A DNA stretch of 59,724 bases from a virus (taxonomy: Duplodnaviria > Caudoviricetes), in IMG/VR virus record IMGVR_UViG_3300037873_000022, positions 1 to 59,724 of that record; one strand, given 5' to 3'. This document shows positions 18,343-27,501 of this stretch, piece after piece. Positions within the stretch are counted from its first letter, which is position 1. Each line of letters opens with the position of its first letter. The position numbers and the translations under genes are program-made. The notes under the pieces are model-generated. The model saw only the letters and a list, made by a program, of their open reading frames with translations, did not search any database and had not been told where the DNA came from.

Positions 18343-18352
18343 TTCCCCCGGG

Positions 18353-18382
18353 TTGACAACCTCCCCGCCATGCCTGTATAGT
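18353..18382 (+). promoter_or_regulatory. Early promoter
   Basis: TTGACA-N18-TATAGT. Confidence 0.75.
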
Positions 18383-18427
18383 TACGGGTGTGGCGGGGAG
18401 GTCCCGTCAGGAGGGAAGGATCGACCG

Positions 18428-18778
18428 ATGGAGATCAAGGTCAGGAACGACGAGACGGTCCGGACCATCACGTTCCAGGTGGATGGCGGCCCGGTGCTCG
18501 ATAGCTGGGCCAACCAGTACAGCTCCCGCGCGAAGCGGTTCCGGGTCGAGCGCGGCCGGATCTACCTGGTCGGGGACGAGATCCGCAACGTGAGCGTAGG
18601 CGGCCCGCTGGTCAAGAAGGACGGCAGCCAGTCCGACGTTACCCAGGACGAGGCCCGTTGGTCCACGCGCGACCTGGACAAGCTGCCCGACTGGCTAGCG
18701 GTGATGACCACCGAGGCGGTTCACCAGGTGGCCCGGGAATGGGTGCTCAACGCGGACGAGCCGGAGCAGCAGCCGTGA
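18428..18778 (+). CDS. Hypothetical protein
   Basis: Start MEIKVRN with RBS GGAAGGATC. Confidence 0.7.
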   Translation: MEIKVRNDETVRTITFQVDGGPVLDSWANQYSSRAKRFRVERGRIYLVGDEIRNVSVGGPLVKKDGSQSDVTQDEARWSTRDLDKLPDWLAVMTTEAVHQVAREWVLNADEPEQQP

Positions 18779-19398
18779 GCCGGCCGGCGTTCATGGCCGA
18801 CGACCTACCCGCGGCCCAACCAGCCCTCGGCAAGCTCGAAGTAGGCGATGAGGTCCTGGTCGTGGAACGCGGCTACCACCGCCGGGCAGTCAAGGAAGGT
18901 GTGCAGCCGATTCGGGCCACAGTGACCAGCAAGGCCCGGGTGTGGATCACAGTCGAGAAGGTCGACGGTCCCACAATTCTCGGACAGTACCGGAGAACCT
19001 GGCGACTCCGGCTGGACCACCAAACGGATGGCTCGGACAGTGCCTACGCCGTCCAGTTCTATACCTTCGACCAGTGGCGGTTCCACCAGGCCCACAACGA
19101 GGCGCGCGAGTACCTGACCGAACAAGGAATCCGGATCGACTGGGACTCGCCCTGGAAGCGCCGTGAGATCGAGCTGGCCCGCGGCATCTGGTCCCTCCTG
19201 AACCCGGATGACCTGGCCGCGCTCCGGCGGTTCATCGAGCGCCGGCCCCCGCTGGGGGTCAGCGTGGACGTGTCCACCGGGGATCACGACTATGACCGGC
19301 GGATCTTCGGCACCGTAGCCGGAGTCCAGGCGGACAGCAACGGCGCCCCAATCATCCTGGTAGAACATGACAGTCAAGAGTCAGGGGTCGAGCAGTGA
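18775..19398 (+). CDS. Hypothetical protein (beta-barrel-like N terminus)
   Basis: GTGA coupling; LEVGDEVLVV...ATVTSKARVWITV. Confidence 0.6.
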   Translation: MSRPAFMADDLPAAQPALGKLEVGDEVLVVERGYHRRAVKEGVQPIRATVTSKARVWITVEKVDGPTILGQYRRTWRLRLDHQTDGSDSAYAVQFYTFDQWRFHQAHNEAREYLTEQGIRIDWDSPWKRREIELARGIWSLLNPDDLAALRRFIERRPPLGVSVDVSTGDHDYDRRIFGTVAGVQADSNGAPIILVEHDSQESGVEQ

Positions 19399-19865
19399 GC
19401 GAGACCAACACCAGCACCGGAGCGGGTGCCAAGATCGGAGCGGCGCTGCTCATTGGTGTAGCGATCATCGCGGCAGTGTTGATCCTGAACCAAGAGACCT
19501 CGCTCGATACAACGTTGCCGCCCGACCCGTTCGAGGACGAGGAGCCCCGGATCGTGGACTGTGTGGCGGACTGGGACGGGTACAACCAGGGGGTCACCGC
19601 TGATGTGTACTGCGAGGTGGGCGGCCCCGAGAACAGCTTCGACGCGAGCAACCTGGACCTCTCCCCGTACATCTGGAGCACTACCGCCAATACCGGCCAG
19701 GTGGCGGTGATCGACATGACAGTCAGCCGGCAGACCTCCGGGCTCTGCGAGATCTGGGTGGACGGTGAGCTGCTGGAAACCACCGATGTCGTACAGGTAA
19801 CCGATGAGACGGACGCGGGTGACGCGCTGCTGTTCGGATGCGCCATCGAAGTCCCGATTCCATAA
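19395..19865 (+). CDS. Membrane-anchored acidic protein with MmpS-like C-terminal domain
   Basis: N-terminal TM segment; LCEIWVDGELL...C motif. Confidence 0.6.
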   Translation: MSETNTSTGAGAKIGAALLIGVAIIAAVLILNQETSLDTTLPPDPFEDEEPRIVDCVADWDGYNQGVTADVYCEVGGPENSFDASNLDLSPYIWSTTANTGQVAVIDMTVSRQTSGLCEIWVDGELLETTDVVQVTDETDAGDALLFGCAIEVPIP

Positions 19866-19891
19866 GCAGGGAAGGGGAGGAGGTGAACAAG

Positions 19892-20062
19892 ATGGCAGGA
19901 AGACACCGCACGTCCGGTCCCCAACCAGGCGACCCGGGCTGGACTCACCCGGACGTGAAGGGGGAGACCGACCCGGCCAAGATCAAGGCCGAGCTGGACC
20001 GAATCCAGGGCCAGGAGAACCGCGAGCAGGTCCGCATCCAGAACATGCGGAACCGGGGCTGA
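19892..20062 (+). CDS. Small hypothetical protein
   Basis: RBS GGAGGAGG; followed by hairpin 20080-20120. Confidence 0.55.
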   Translation: MAGRHRTSGPQPGDPGWTHPDVKGETDPAKIKAELDRIQGQENREQVRIQNMRNRG

Positions 20063-20153
20063 GAGCCCCGCACAAGTACGAGGCCCCCGCCTCGGTGTCC
20101 CAACACCGGGCGGGGGCCTCACCCCGTTGTCAGCTCGAACAGCGTACCGCGTG

Positions 20154-20687
20154 TCAGCGCCGTTGACGCTCCCACGGCCAGCCATGCCGAAGATGGACCG
20201 GGAACCATACCGCAAACCCCGCCAGCACGGCCGTGAGCGCCCACCAGCCGATGGTGGCCTGCCCATCGCTGGTGCCGAGCTGGTCGCGTGTCCACTCACT
20301 GAGGGTGCCTCCATCGCCCTGGTAGGCGATGGCGAACGCCTCCGGCCCCACGAACGCCAGCGCGGCCACCGCGAGCCCAACCGGCCAGTAACGCCTCAAC
20401 CACCCCGGATCGCGGAGAGGCGGTGGCGGCACGGCCGGCAGGGCAGGCGAGTCGTTGTGCGCCTGGGTGAGGAGCTTGCGCTCCCGAGTCGCGACGGTGG
20501 CCGGCGAGAACGCCAGCCGGCGCCCTACCTCGCCAACGAGCGCCGGGGCGAGGCCGGCCGCCACCATGCCGGCCGTGCCAGGGTCGAGCCCGGCCAGCTT
20601 GATACCGGCCAGGGTGAGCAGCGCGGTCACCGCGGTCAGCCAGCCGGAGCCACGCACCGGCTCCCGGCTGGCGGTGTTCAGCGTCAC
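20154..20687 (-). CDS. Holin-like membrane protein
   Basis: About 4 hydrophobic helices; coupled downstream of the endolysin. Confidence 0.6.
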   Translation of the reverse strand: MTLNTASREPVRGSGWLTAVTALLTLAGIKLAGLDPGTAGMVAAGLAPALVGEVGRRLAFSPATVATRERKLLTQAHNDSPALPAVPPPPLRDPGWLRRYWPVGLAVAALAFVGPEAFAIAYQGDGGTLSEWTRDQLGTSDGQATIGWWALTAVLAGFAVWFPVHLRHGWPWERQRR

Positions 20688-21565
20688 GTCTGCGCTCCGG
20701 TCAGCCGCTCCCCGATCAGCCGGACCACCTCAGCCGCATCGAGCTGCCCGGACCGGGCCTGCCCGACCAGCTCGACCAGCTCGGCGCGCTCCAGCGACGC
20801 CTCCGCGAGCAGGTCTTGCAGCTCGCCCAGCTCCGCCCGCCGTTCGACGCGCTCGCGCTCCGCGGCCCGGTCCAGCTCGGCGCGCACAGCAGCAGTCACG
20901 TCCTGCCCGCCGACCTTGGCCAGGATCGCCACCTGGTTGGCCAAGATCTCCTTGACCCCCTGGGTGATCCGGTCCTTGCCCAATCGGCCATGCCCGTACC
21001 CGGACACGATGGCGGTCTCCACGGTGAGCGTGCCCCGGTTGGCCGCGCCACCGATCTCCGGGTACTCCTCCATCAGCCACGCCGGGGCCTTCATGCGGTC
21101 CTTGAGTTCCACCTCATCGTCCTCCTGTCCATGAATGATCTTCTCGATGCGCGCGGCGGTGAGGGTGTCAGCCGCGCTCGGGATCAGCTCCCCGTGGATG
21201 TGACCGTGGTACTCCCCGCTGTAGTTGCGCCAGCCGGAGTCGGGGAAGTTGCACGACCAGATGCGGCGGCCCAGGATCAGGAGCTGGATACCCAGCTCGT
21301 GGCTGTTGAGCCGGAGCGCGTTGGCCAGCGCCCATCCCCAGGTGGAGTCCACCCCACCATAGGGGGCGGTGCCCAGGTCATCGGCCCGGCGCTCGGCGTG
21401 GATGGACCAGCCGCTCCCCAGCCGCTTGCAGGCATAGGTTCCGAGGTTGGCCGCGCCCCGGCTCCGGTAGGCGCCCAGGAACCAGCTCATGAGCGCGTCA
21501 GTGCCGGGCCGGGCTCGACTGTCGCAGCCCGACGCGGCGTAGTACCGGCCCCGGTAGATGCTCAT
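20684..21565 (-). CDS. Endolysin (M15-like Zn peptidase) with helical C terminus
   Basis: Start MSIYRG at 21565; SIHAERRADD and HGHIHGE Zn-ligand motifs. Confidence 0.7.
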   Translation of the reverse strand: MSIYRGRYYAASGCDSRARPGTDALMSWFLGAYRSRGAANLGTYACKRLGSGWSIHAERRADDLGTAPYGGVDSTWGWALANALRLNSHELGIQLLILGRRIWSCNFPDSGWRNYSGEYHGHIHGELIPSAADTLTAARIEKIIHGQEDDEVELKDRMKAPAWLMEEYPEIGGAANRGTLTVETAIVSGYGHGRLGKDRITQGVKEILANQVAILAKVGGQDVTAAVRAELDRAAERERVERRAELGELQDLLAEASLERAELVELVGQARSGQLDAAEVVRLIGERLTGAQT

Positions 21566-21717
21566 CCGTCCTCGCCTCCGATCGGTACCGGGGTGGCGCC
21601 CTCGTAGCGCTCGATCGGGTACGGCTGGTTCTCCTCGTACTCCGCGGCAGGTGTCAGCTCGGACTCCTGACCTTCCGGGTACTCGGCCACCAGATCCTCG
21701 GTGGTGGGTTCGCCCAT
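21562..21717 (-). CDS. 51-aa acidic protein upstream of the lysin
   Basis: MGEPTTEDLVAEYPEG...; RBS GGAGG; stop overlaps the lysin ATG. Confidence 0.6.
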   Translation of the reverse strand: MGEPTTEDLVAEYPEGQESELTPAAEYEENQPYPIERYEGATPVPIGGEDG

Positions 21718-21745
21718 GCTCGTGTCCTCCCTTCCCTGGGTAGGG

Positions 21746-21773
21746 TGTCACTTCACGGTACCCGCGCTGGACA
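21746..21773. promoter_or_regulatory. TGYC-N20-GRCA palindrome at the lysis operon promoter
   Basis: TGTC(21746-21749)-N20-GACA(21770-21773), enclosing minus-strand TACCGT. Confidence 0.55.
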
Positions 21774-21902
21774 CGAGAAAGCCCCCGGGGACGTGCGGCC
21801 TTCCGGCCCATCCGGCTCCGGCCGGCCTCTCCTGGTGGGTCTTGAGCCGGTGGCAGTTCGCACAGAGCGTCTGGAGGTTGGCCTATGTCCTAGTTCACCC
21901 CA

Positions 21903-22300
21903 GTAATTATCTAGTTTGCCCCATTAATTATCTAGTTCGTCCCTTTCTAGAGGGCCGGTGGGGGACCTCGCGAGGTCCCCTCGGGCACCGCCGAGTCGAC
22001 TTGTCATGGTAACTATCTGGTTCATCCCTTTCCGGGGGACCGGGGGGACCCGGGGGGAGGTCCGCTGGCGCGAATCCTGGAAACCACTTCTTCTACCGAT
22101 CCAAGGGGCGGCCGGGGGTACTGCCCCCTATATACCCCCTTAAAAGGGAAAAAGTTGTACGAGCTGCACGCGAGGCGAAGTCCAGAGAGGTTGTACGAAA
22201 AACGGTGTCCGGGAGAGTAGCGGAGTGGAGCTACCCACGGTCCCCCCGGTCCCCTAACCAGGACAAACTAGATACTTTCTGGGGCAAACTAGATAATTAC
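21903..22300. repeat. Non-coding element bounded by a perfect 21-bp inverted repeat (ori- or pac-like)
   Basis: GTAATTATCTAGTTTGCCCCA (21903-21923) and its reverse complement (22280-22300); second nested IR; GGGGACC motifs inside. Confidence 0.8.
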
Positions 22301-22370
22301 CGGGACGAATCGCCCACCACAGCGAGAGACCCCCGAGGGCAGGTTCCCCCCGAGGGCCTGAAGTGCCTGG

Positions 22371-22574
22371 TCAGCTTGCGAATGGGTCAGCGTCGTTGCG
22401 CTCTGCCGCGAGCACGAACGGGTCTACCTGGGCGGTCACGCTGGGCTCGCCGTGGCGACGGTCGCGGGCAGCCCGGCGGTTGGCCGCGATCACCGAGCGC
22501 TGCTCGGAGGTCAGAGCCGGCGCCGGCTTGCGGTGATGGTGCATCTCGATCGGGCCGCGAGTCCTGTTCGTCAT
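22371..22574 (-). CDS. Small hypothetical protein (leaderless)
   Basis: ATG 7 nt after the TATAGT -10 element. Confidence 0.55.
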   Translation of the reverse strand: MTNRTRGPIEMHHHRKPAPALTSEQRSVIAANRRAARDRRHGEPSVTAQVDPFVLAAERNDADPFAS

Positions 22575-22581
22575 AGTCACA

Positions 22582-22610
22582 ACTATACAGGCATGACGGT
22601 AAGGTGTCAA
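22582..22610 (-). promoter_or_regulatory. Early promoter
   Basis: TTGACA-ccttaccgtcatgcctg-TATAGT. Confidence 0.75.
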
Positions 22611-24076
22611 CCCAGGGGGGAGAGCCCCGTAGTCGGGATCGAGCCCACCGGATCCGCGTGCTCCATCCGGCCGGCCAGCGAGTCCGCCCACATGGCCATA
22701 GCCACCGCATCCCCCCGGTCCGGGCTGCGCCCCAACCGCTCTACCACGTGCTCCTTGGTCTCCACCTGGATCTTCGGGGGGACCCCCGAGGTGGTGGTCC
22801 AGGTCGGGGTGGTCAGGTCCGAGATCATCAGGTCATCGGGGGGGAGCGCGAGCACCGGTTCAAACCCCGGGTCCAGCAGCTCGCGGACGTGCCACAAGGC
22901 CGCGCTGCGCACGTTGGTGAAGCCGAACTTGCCCGACCGGTCGCGCCGGCTGGTCTTGGCGCTGCCCGCGTACGCCACTGGCCGAGCCTTGACCTCCTTC
23001 AGCCGGTCATACACTCCGGCGCCCAGGCCCACCACGTCCACGATCGGGCGGCCAGGCTCGCCCTGGACCAGCGCCACCGTGGCCATCGTGTCGCGCTTGC
23101 GATTGCCCTTCAGCACGATCGCCCACCCGTCCCGGCAGGCCAGCACCGTCTCATCGCCGCCCCGGCCCACGTCCGTACCGGTCCAGAGCGGTCCCCCCGG
23201 GGAGGGCCGGCCAGCGCGGTCCCAGTCGTGCCACCGATCGATGGCAGCCTCGATCCAGGCCAGTGGGATCACCGCGTCCTCGTCGCTGGCATGGAACTCG
23301 CCCAGCACCCGGTTGGCGTACATCGCCGAGTCCGGCCCCCACTGGCGCGCTCGCTGCTCGGCCCAGGAGCGGCTGATCCTGCCCGCCCGGATCGCCTCGT
23401 CCAGCGTGACGTGGCGGGTCCACCAGTCCTCGTACCCTGGTGCCCGGCGGTGGATGTCGTAGAACCGGCCGGCCGGCGGCCCTGGCGTGCTCATCGCCAG
23501 GACGAACGCCTCCTGGGCAGTGTCCGAGCCGGCGCCGGAGAACGCACCCTCGATCGAGTCCCACGTTCCGGGGGGGACGATCTTGGCCTCGTCGATCAGG
23601 TAGAGCAGGCTGTCCGCGTGCGCACCTTCGATGCGCTCGGGCTGGTTCGAGGCGACCGCGGTGGCCGCGCCGTGGCTGAGCTTGAGCCGGAGGTCCATCA
23701 GCTCCCGGCGCCGGTCGAACGGGCCGCGTCCCAGCGTCTCGAAGTCGATCCGGTCGGCCCACTTGTGGATCTCCGGCCAGAGGTAGACCTCCAGGTGGCG
23801 CCACGCGCTCGCCGTGGTGATGATCTTCCAGTCCAGGCCGGCCAGGTCGCGGGTGGTCGCGAACCAGTTCACCACCACCGCGCCGATGAAGCTCTTGCCG
23901 AGCCCGTGGGGGCCTCGCAGCGCCACCCGCTTACGAGCCGGTAGCTCGTCCAAGACCTCCACCTGGTAGCCGACCAGCTCGACCCGCAGGCACTCGGCGG
24001 CCCAGCACGTAGGGCAGTACATCCACCGGCCCAGCCGGGACCGGGCGAGCACCTTCGAAGCCAGGTCGATGATCAC
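22607..24076 (-). CDS. terL: Terminase large subunit
   Basis: Walker A GPHGLGKS, Walker B LYLIDEA, nuclease GTDVGRGGDETV and RSPDRGDA. Confidence 0.92.
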   Translation of the reverse strand: MIIDLASKVLARSRLGRWMYCPTCWAAECLRVELVGYQVEVLDELPARKRVALRGPHGLGKSFIGAVVVNWFATTRDLAGLDWKIITTASAWRHLEVYLWPEIHKWADRIDFETLGRGPFDRRRELMDLRLKLSHGAATAVASNQPERIEGAHADSLLYLIDEAKIVPPGTWDSIEGAFSGAGSDTAQEAFVLAMSTPGPPAGRFYDIHRRAPGYEDWWTRHVTLDEAIRAGRISRSWAEQRARQWGPDSAMYANRVLGEFHASDEDAVIPLAWIEAAIDRWHDWDRAGRPSPGGPLWTGTDVGRGGDETVLACRDGWAIVLKGNRKRDTMATVALVQGEPGRPIVDVVGLGAGVYDRLKEVKARPVAYAGSAKTSRRDRSGKFGFTNVRSAALWHVRELLDPGFEPVLALPPDDLMISDLTTPTWTTTSGVPPKIQVETKEHVVERLGRSPDRGDAVAMAMWADSLAGRMEHADPVGSIPTTGLSPLG

Positions 24077-24339
24077 CGGGGGCCGTCGGTGCGGGTTGGG
24101 GCGGGCGGCACGTCGGTGTCCGACCCTCGCAATGCTGTCTCCAGCTGGTCTACCCGTCGAGCGGTCTCCGTGCGCTCGCGCTCAAGACCTTCGATCTTCT
24201 CGGTCATCTCGTCGCGCTGGCGGTTGACCATCACGTGGACCTCTTGGACCTGTTTGCGGGTACGCCACGTGACTATCGCGGTACCGAACACCAGCGCCGC
24301 CGTGGCCAGGGCCAAGAGCCCTGTGAAGGTGTTGCTCAC
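24073..24339 (-). CDS. Membrane/coiled-coil protein
   Basis: TM segment followed by coiled coil; coupled to terL. Confidence 0.55.
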   Translation of the reverse strand: MSNTFTGLLALATAALVFGTAIVTWRTRKQVQEVHVMVNRQRDEMTEKIEGLERERTETARRVDQLETALRGSDTDVPPAPTRTDGPR

Positions 24340-24530
24340 CGCGGGCTCACGATGATCGGGGTACGGAGGTGCGCGCGGTCCATGAAGTTGCCGGTGGTCA
24401 TCACGGTCCGGCAGCACGAGCACTCCAGCACCGCGCCGGCCTGGAACTGCCCAGGGTGCTCCTTGACGCGGAACCAGACCATCGGGCCGGGACACGACAC
24501 GGGTGGAGCAGGCAGTGGGAGAGTGTCCAT
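24336..24530 (-). CDS. Small Cys-containing protein
   Basis: Coupled ORF. Confidence 0.5.
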   Translation of the reverse strand: MDTLPLPAPPVSCPGPMVWFRVKEHPGQFQAGAVLECSCCRTVMTTGNFMDRAHLRTPIIVSPR

Positions 24531-24640
24531 TTACCATCGGCCCTTACTGAAGTACCAAACCAACCACAAGTATCCCCCAGCCAGGCCCAGCGCTACGCCC
24601 GCGATCAGGATCAGCAGAACCCGGACCACGCTCACCTGCT

Positions 24641-24871
24641 CTACCTCCCCCGGACGGGCCTGGCACCCGGCCTGGGCGCGCTCCAGCTCTGGGCCGGCGC
24701 CCTCTTCGACGGCCCGTGCTGAGCCACCCACTCGTCGAACGTCGGCATGTCCTCCGGGTCGACCGAGCACCGGACGTACTCGCACAGCGTCTCGGGCTCG
24801 GGGCAGCGCCCTTGAGTCCGACCGGCCAGGACCGGGCAGTCATAGACCGCACACCGGAAGCCCTCGCTCAC
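24641..24871 (-). CDS. Small Cys-rich protein
   Basis: Coupled to the upstream stop. Confidence 0.45.
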   Translation of the reverse strand: MSEGFRCAVYDCPVLAGRTQGRCPEPETLCEYVRCSVDPEDMPTFDEWVAQHGPSKRAPAQSWSAPRPGARPVRGR

Positions 24872-25638
24872 CTGCTCGGCCCTCCCCCGTCGCGCACGCC
24901 GCGCTTGCTGCCGTTCCCGTTCGGGGCCGGAAGCTCCATTGTCTCCGTATCGATCGAACCCAGGTGCCTGACGATCAGCTCGGGCACAACAGCCTGTTGC
25001 TCAGCGTTCAGGTTCAGGTCGCCCAACAGAGCGGTGATCCTGCCCGCCACCACGTCTCCCCAGCGCTCGGCCAACGAGGTCAGACGCTCGCTGATTCCCA
25101 TGTCGTGAGCGGTCTTGCTGTACTTCACCACCCGGTCCCGCTCGGCGCTCTCCAGCGTGACCAGCGCCCGCATCTCTTCGGACTGGGCGTAGATCCGGCC
25201 TTCCTTGCCGGCCGCGCCGTACCGGTAGCCGATCAGGCCCGAAGTGGACGGCTCGCCTTCAGGGTCGAAGGGCTCGGCCTCGATGACCTCCCCCTCGGCG
25301 GCCACCTGGCGGCGCAACAGCTCCGAGTACGCGCCCAGCCGGAGCCAGGTCATCTGGAGCACCCCGAGCACCGCCATGCGATAGTCCACATTAGGGGTAG
25401 CGCCGAGCGCATTCCAAGCGGTGATGATGGCCTGGCCGTTGGCCTTAGCTACATGGGTCTTCTTCCCGGCATGGGTTCGGCAGTGCCGGGTCCCCTTGAT
25501 AGCCGGGCCGTGGCACTGTCCCCGGCCCCGGCTCCGGTTCCCGATGCACTCATGACGGCCATGTTCATCGCACCACCGAGCCCCGTATCCGGGCGGTCCC
25601 ATGTCCGACCTGGTTGTCATGAGCTGGGCAGTAGTCAT
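24868..25638 (-). CDS. Putative terminase small subunit
   Basis: N-terminal C..C....C..H finger, helical C terminus (AERDRVVKYSKTAHDMGISER); upstream of terL. Confidence 0.65.
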   Translation of the reverse strand: MTTAQLMTTRSDMGPPGYGARWCDEHGRHECIGNRSRGRGQCHGPAIKGTRHCRTHAGKKTHVAKANGQAIITAWNALGATPNVDYRMAVLGVLQMTWLRLGAYSELLRRQVAAEGEVIEAEPFDPEGEPSTSGLIGYRYGAAGKEGRIYAQSEEMRALVTLESAERDRVVKYSKTAHDMGISERLTSLAERWGDVVAGRITALLGDLNLNAEQQAVVPELIVRHLGSIDTETMELPAPNGNGSKRGVRDGGGPSR

Positions 25639-25654
25639 GCCTGCAAGGATACCC

Positions 25655-25682
25655 TGTCACCCTGTCCCTGGTTAGGGTGGCA
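25655..25682. promoter_or_regulatory. TGTCACCCT-N10-AGGGTGGCA palindrome at the terminase operon promoter
   Basis: Half-sites and spacing identical to 57984-58011. Confidence 0.65.
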
Positions 25683-25871
25683 TCCCGGAAACGCACCGAG
25701 GGCCTGACCCCTTCCCGCGTACCACACTGGGAGGTTAGGCCCTCGGCTATCCCCACTAGGGGTCTCGCGCTCCAGCATACGCACCGAGGCCCCGGGGAGA
25801 GCAGGCGGTGGCTCCTCGGGGCCTCGGGCTCGACGGGGCCGCTCATTCGGGAAGCGGCCCGCGCCTGGGGG

Positions 25872-26726
25872 TTAGTCGATGACGGTACGCCTACGGCGTC
25901 CGATCCACGTGAGCAGCCCTCCAGTACCGAGCAGCGTGCCCCCGCCGACCAGGAGCAAGGGGAGCAGGGAGACGCCGGAGGTCAGTGGCAGCTCCTTGGC
26001 CGGCCCGGTGGTGGGCTCGGTCGAGCTGATCTCGCACAGCGGCAGGAACCCGTCCCCACCTTCGACCAGCTCGGCCAGCCGGGGACCGCCGGCAGCCAGG
26101 CCTTCGACCCGGCCCAGGTCGTCCACGCTGGTGAACGGGCGTAGCTCGATGATCTGGGCGGCCCGGTCGGTGTTGACATGCTTGAGCTGGACCAGCTCCT
26201 CCTCGGACGCGGTGTTCACGTCTACGCATGGCTCCTCGGTCGGAGCTGGCTCGGTGGGAGCTGGCTCGGTGGGAGCGGGGGTGGTGGGCTCGACAGCCAG
26301 GCACCCGGTAACGGCCAGGTCATGCCAGGCCACACCTGGAGCTTCCACGTCCAGCGGGGTAGTGCCCTCGGTCTTCAGGTAGGAGACCAAGGCCCCCAGG
26401 TCGCTCAGGGCCGGAGAGTCGTAGTCCCGCTCCCCGCCACCCCACACGCGCCACTTCACAGACTCGGTACCGGCGGCCAGCTCGACCTCCAGAACCTCCC
26501 CGACCGGCGCGGTGGTGACCTCCCCGCCCGCGAGGACGGCCAGGACGGTGCTGTCAACCCGGTGGTCTTCGATGGTCCAGGAGGTGGTCCCGGTGACCTG
26601 GCACTCCGTCACCTGGATCTCGGTCTGGACCTCGTTGTGGTGGGCCTGGGCGGGTGCGGCCCAGGTTCCCAGGTTGAACCCGACTATCACGGCCGCCGCG
26701 AGCGCGGCCCGCAGTACGTTCTTCAT
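25872..26726 (-). CDS. Secreted, sortase-anchor-type protein with ComEA-like helix-hairpin-helix domain
   Basis: Signal peptide ending AQA; VDVNTASEEELVQL..V...RAAQII..RPFTSVDDL.RVEGL; C-terminal LPLTS + TM + RRRR. Confidence 0.8.
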   Translation of the reverse strand: MKNVLRAALAAAVIVGFNLGTWAAPAQAHHNEVQTEIQVTECQVTGTTSWTIEDHRVDSTVLAVLAGGEVTTAPVGEVLEVELAAGTESVKWRVWGGGERDYDSPALSDLGALVSYLKTEGTTPLDVEAPGVAWHDLAVTGCLAVEPTTPAPTEPAPTEPAPTEEPCVDVNTASEEELVQLKHVNTDRAAQIIELRPFTSVDDLGRVEGLAAGGPRLAELVEGGDGFLPLCEISSTEPTTGPAKELPLTSGVSLLPLLLVGGGTLLGTGGLLTWIGRRRRTVID

Positions 26727-26941
26727 GGTCTTCCCTCCTGTTTGCTTACTCTCGTTGTCATCGGTGGACGGTATCACACGGTGTCAGTCGGTACGGGGTT
26801 CCGCGGCCGGCCCTGCTACCAGAACAGCAGCGGGACGGTGGTCGGAACGGTGAACGTGAGGACCCCGTACAGCGTGGTACGGGTCCAGGCGAACAGCTCG
26901 TACATGGCTCCTTCTCCCTCGCAGTAGGTGACGGTTAACTG

Positions 26942-27343
26942 TCAGCAGTCGCGGCCTTCCGGCTCGACCGGTCCGCCACCTTCCAGCAGTTCTCCCGGCC
27001 AGTCAGGGGTGGACTCCTTCCATTCCTGGAACTCCTGCCAGTACCGCTCGCACGAGTCCCCGGGGTCTTCGGCGCGAGCGTTGGATACCGTGATCCCGAT
27101 CAACATCAGTCCCAGCCCGAGCAGGGACAGCGCCCCGCCCACGATCAGGACCTTCATGGCCCTCCCGGGCATCGCCCGGCGCCGGCCCCGGTACCCGGGC
27201 GGTGGCGGAGTCGGTGTCGCCTGCCCGGTCTGGTACTGCACGTTCTGTGTGGTCGGCGTGACCGGTTGTTCCGGACCGTTGCGGTGATCGTCCGGGCCCC
27301 GCGAGTAGATCCCTACTTGGCCCCCGTGTGCGAACATGCTCAT
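26942..27343 (-). CDS. Single-pass membrane protein
   Basis: Central TM segment; RBS GGAAGGAAGG. Confidence 0.65.
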   Translation of the reverse strand: MSMFAHGGQVGIYSRGPDDHRNGPEQPVTPTTQNVQYQTGQATPTPPPPGYRGRRRAMPGRAMKVLIVGGALSLLGLGLMLIGITVSNARAEDPGDSCERYWQEFQEWKESTPDWPGELLEGGGPVEPEGRDC

Positions 27344-27404
27344 GATCGTTTACCTTCCTTCCGTTGACTCTTAACTGACAACTGTTGCCATGTCTTCCGG
27401 GGTC

Positions 27405-27433
27405 ACCTTACAGCCGTACCGGGGAAGTTGCAA
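27405..27433 (-). promoter_or_regulatory. Early promoter variant
   Basis: TTGCAA-N17-TAAGGT. Confidence 0.6.
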
Positions 27434-27501
27434 CCCGGGGGCCAGATGAGCTGTCTATGGGTATCGGCCCCAATTTGATCCAGCCCCCGGGAGGTCTTGA
27501 T

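Noticed and set aside
26783-26945. Stop-codon readthrough after ...RDC-TGA
   Set aside because: The frame stays open, but an in-frame ATG with its own RBS (GAAGGAG) explains it as a separate small ORF; there is no other sign of recoding.
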